This document shows, one piece after another, positions 62,713-64,000 of a DNA stretch of 64,000 nt. The notes under the pieces are model-generated. The model was not told where the DNA came from, did not search any database, and saw nothing but the letters and a program-made list of their open reading frames with translations. Position 1 is the stretch's first letter. Each line of letters opens with the position of its first letter. Origin of the DNA: Klebsormidium nitens (Eukaryota > Plantae > Klebsormidiophyceae). Position numbers and translations under genes: made by a program. The stretch is from NCBI GenBank assembly GCA_000708835.1, contig DF236964.1:62001-126000 (forward strand). Reading direction: 5' to 3'.

Positions 62713-64000
62713 GCGCCTAGCGTTTCCTGAATTATAAATGCCCACGTCAGCAGCCAAATCGCGTCTTATCGCGCCTGGAATTCCTCTTGCCTGCCCAACC
62801 CACGGGATGAAAGCGGGAGGGGAGTCCCCGTAGTGGGCGATGTAGTTCACCGCTAATGGCCGGCTTATCTCAAAGATTGAAGGAGCAGTGCAAATTTAGC
62901 GAAAGTAATTTGACTCGGCAACCTCAAAAACGTTGCAAACTGTTCGACCAGTAGCTCTTAAGTACTGGCTCTCTAAAATAAGCGGTCTGCGATGGAGTAC
63001 GACATACACGTCTTATTACAGCCGTTCAAATGAGATTTTGAGCGGAGGAAACTCTCCAAGGAGGGTACGTAGGGGATCCCGGAGCTTGAGTCATGCAGTC
63101 TATGACGAGCCACTCAGCGATGCTTCCAGCAAAGTTTGGCAGTGCTTTGTCATCTTGGATTAAGACGAGGGCGAACATGGCTTAGATCCGTCCGGCTGAG
63201 ACGACAATGAAAGTGTGGGGTGTGACAGCCCCAATCAACATCATCACTGCCCGCCTGGCCAAGACAGAGACAAAGTACGGCACCTGGAAAATGCAAAGCT
63301 CGAAGTCAAACCGAATGCGTTTTTCGACGTGCAAACGCTCAACTTTGAGATTCTTGTTCGACCTTGAGTGGTTCGGTAGTGCACTCCCCCTCTGTTGTAT
63401 CGATGAAACGCTGCCGTTCCATACAATATTCAACAGAACAGCTACATCGATGGCTTGTCGTAATTGAATAATCACTGTGACAAACGCGACGCAGTCACCT
63501 TAGCGACCATTCGAATGCTTTCCGTTCCCAAAACCAGAGGCTTTGAAACCTGATTCAGCAGAAGCGACTCAATAACCTTCTGTTGATTCACCGGTCCCCG
63601 CTGGGTGCGCTAGCAAAGCGGGTCATATGGAAACAGTGAAGTCAGTTTCTCTTTATGACAGACGTGAACTTTCTCTGCTAGACTTGTTTACTGACCCACA
63701 AGTCGAGATTTATTAAATGAGAACGAACACAGAACCTTGCATTCTGATAAAGCTCACGATTAGAGAATCCTAGATCGTGACTCTGCAAAGGCAGCGTCGT
63801 GGAGAAGGTGAGCTGGCGTCTTTCATAAGGAGAGACCGCAGAGAGTTCTTCACGGTCACCAGGCTAGCACTTCTTGGGACACTCTGAAACCCTGGCCGGG
63901 CGCGCGCGCGATAGCGCGGCTTCGCCGCGAATCTCCCTTGCTCCTCCAGCCGAAGCGCGAGGGCAAATCTCATATTACAAAACAGCGGTGGAAACGTCTA

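Overview
Eukaryotic, intron-rich DNA (GT-AG introns, CTGAC-type branch points). The gene set is land-plant-like, which suggests a streptophyte alga such as Klebsormidium (inference). I assembled the spliced gene models by hand, checking splice sites and exon phase. From left to right: SQD1 (-, 3' end cut by the window edge), a CCCH/KH RNA-binding protein (+), a clade-D PP2C (-), an ammonium transporter (-), a Trm11/UPF0020-type methyltransferase (+), two tandem seven-exon paralogues of an uncharacterised family (-), FolD (+), and an intronless MAX2/D3-like F-box LRR gene (+). About 14 kb of gene-poor DNA follows, containing a Harbinger-type MITE, a foldback-like element and dispersed repeats. 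The most unusual signal is in the introns of three unrelated genes (PP2C, AMT, FolD), which hold polarised serial copies of the adjacent exon edge plus its splice site. Upstream copies are acceptor + exon start, downstream copies are exon end + donor, and they generally decay with distance from the live exon. No tRNA, rRNA or CRISPR array was recognised.
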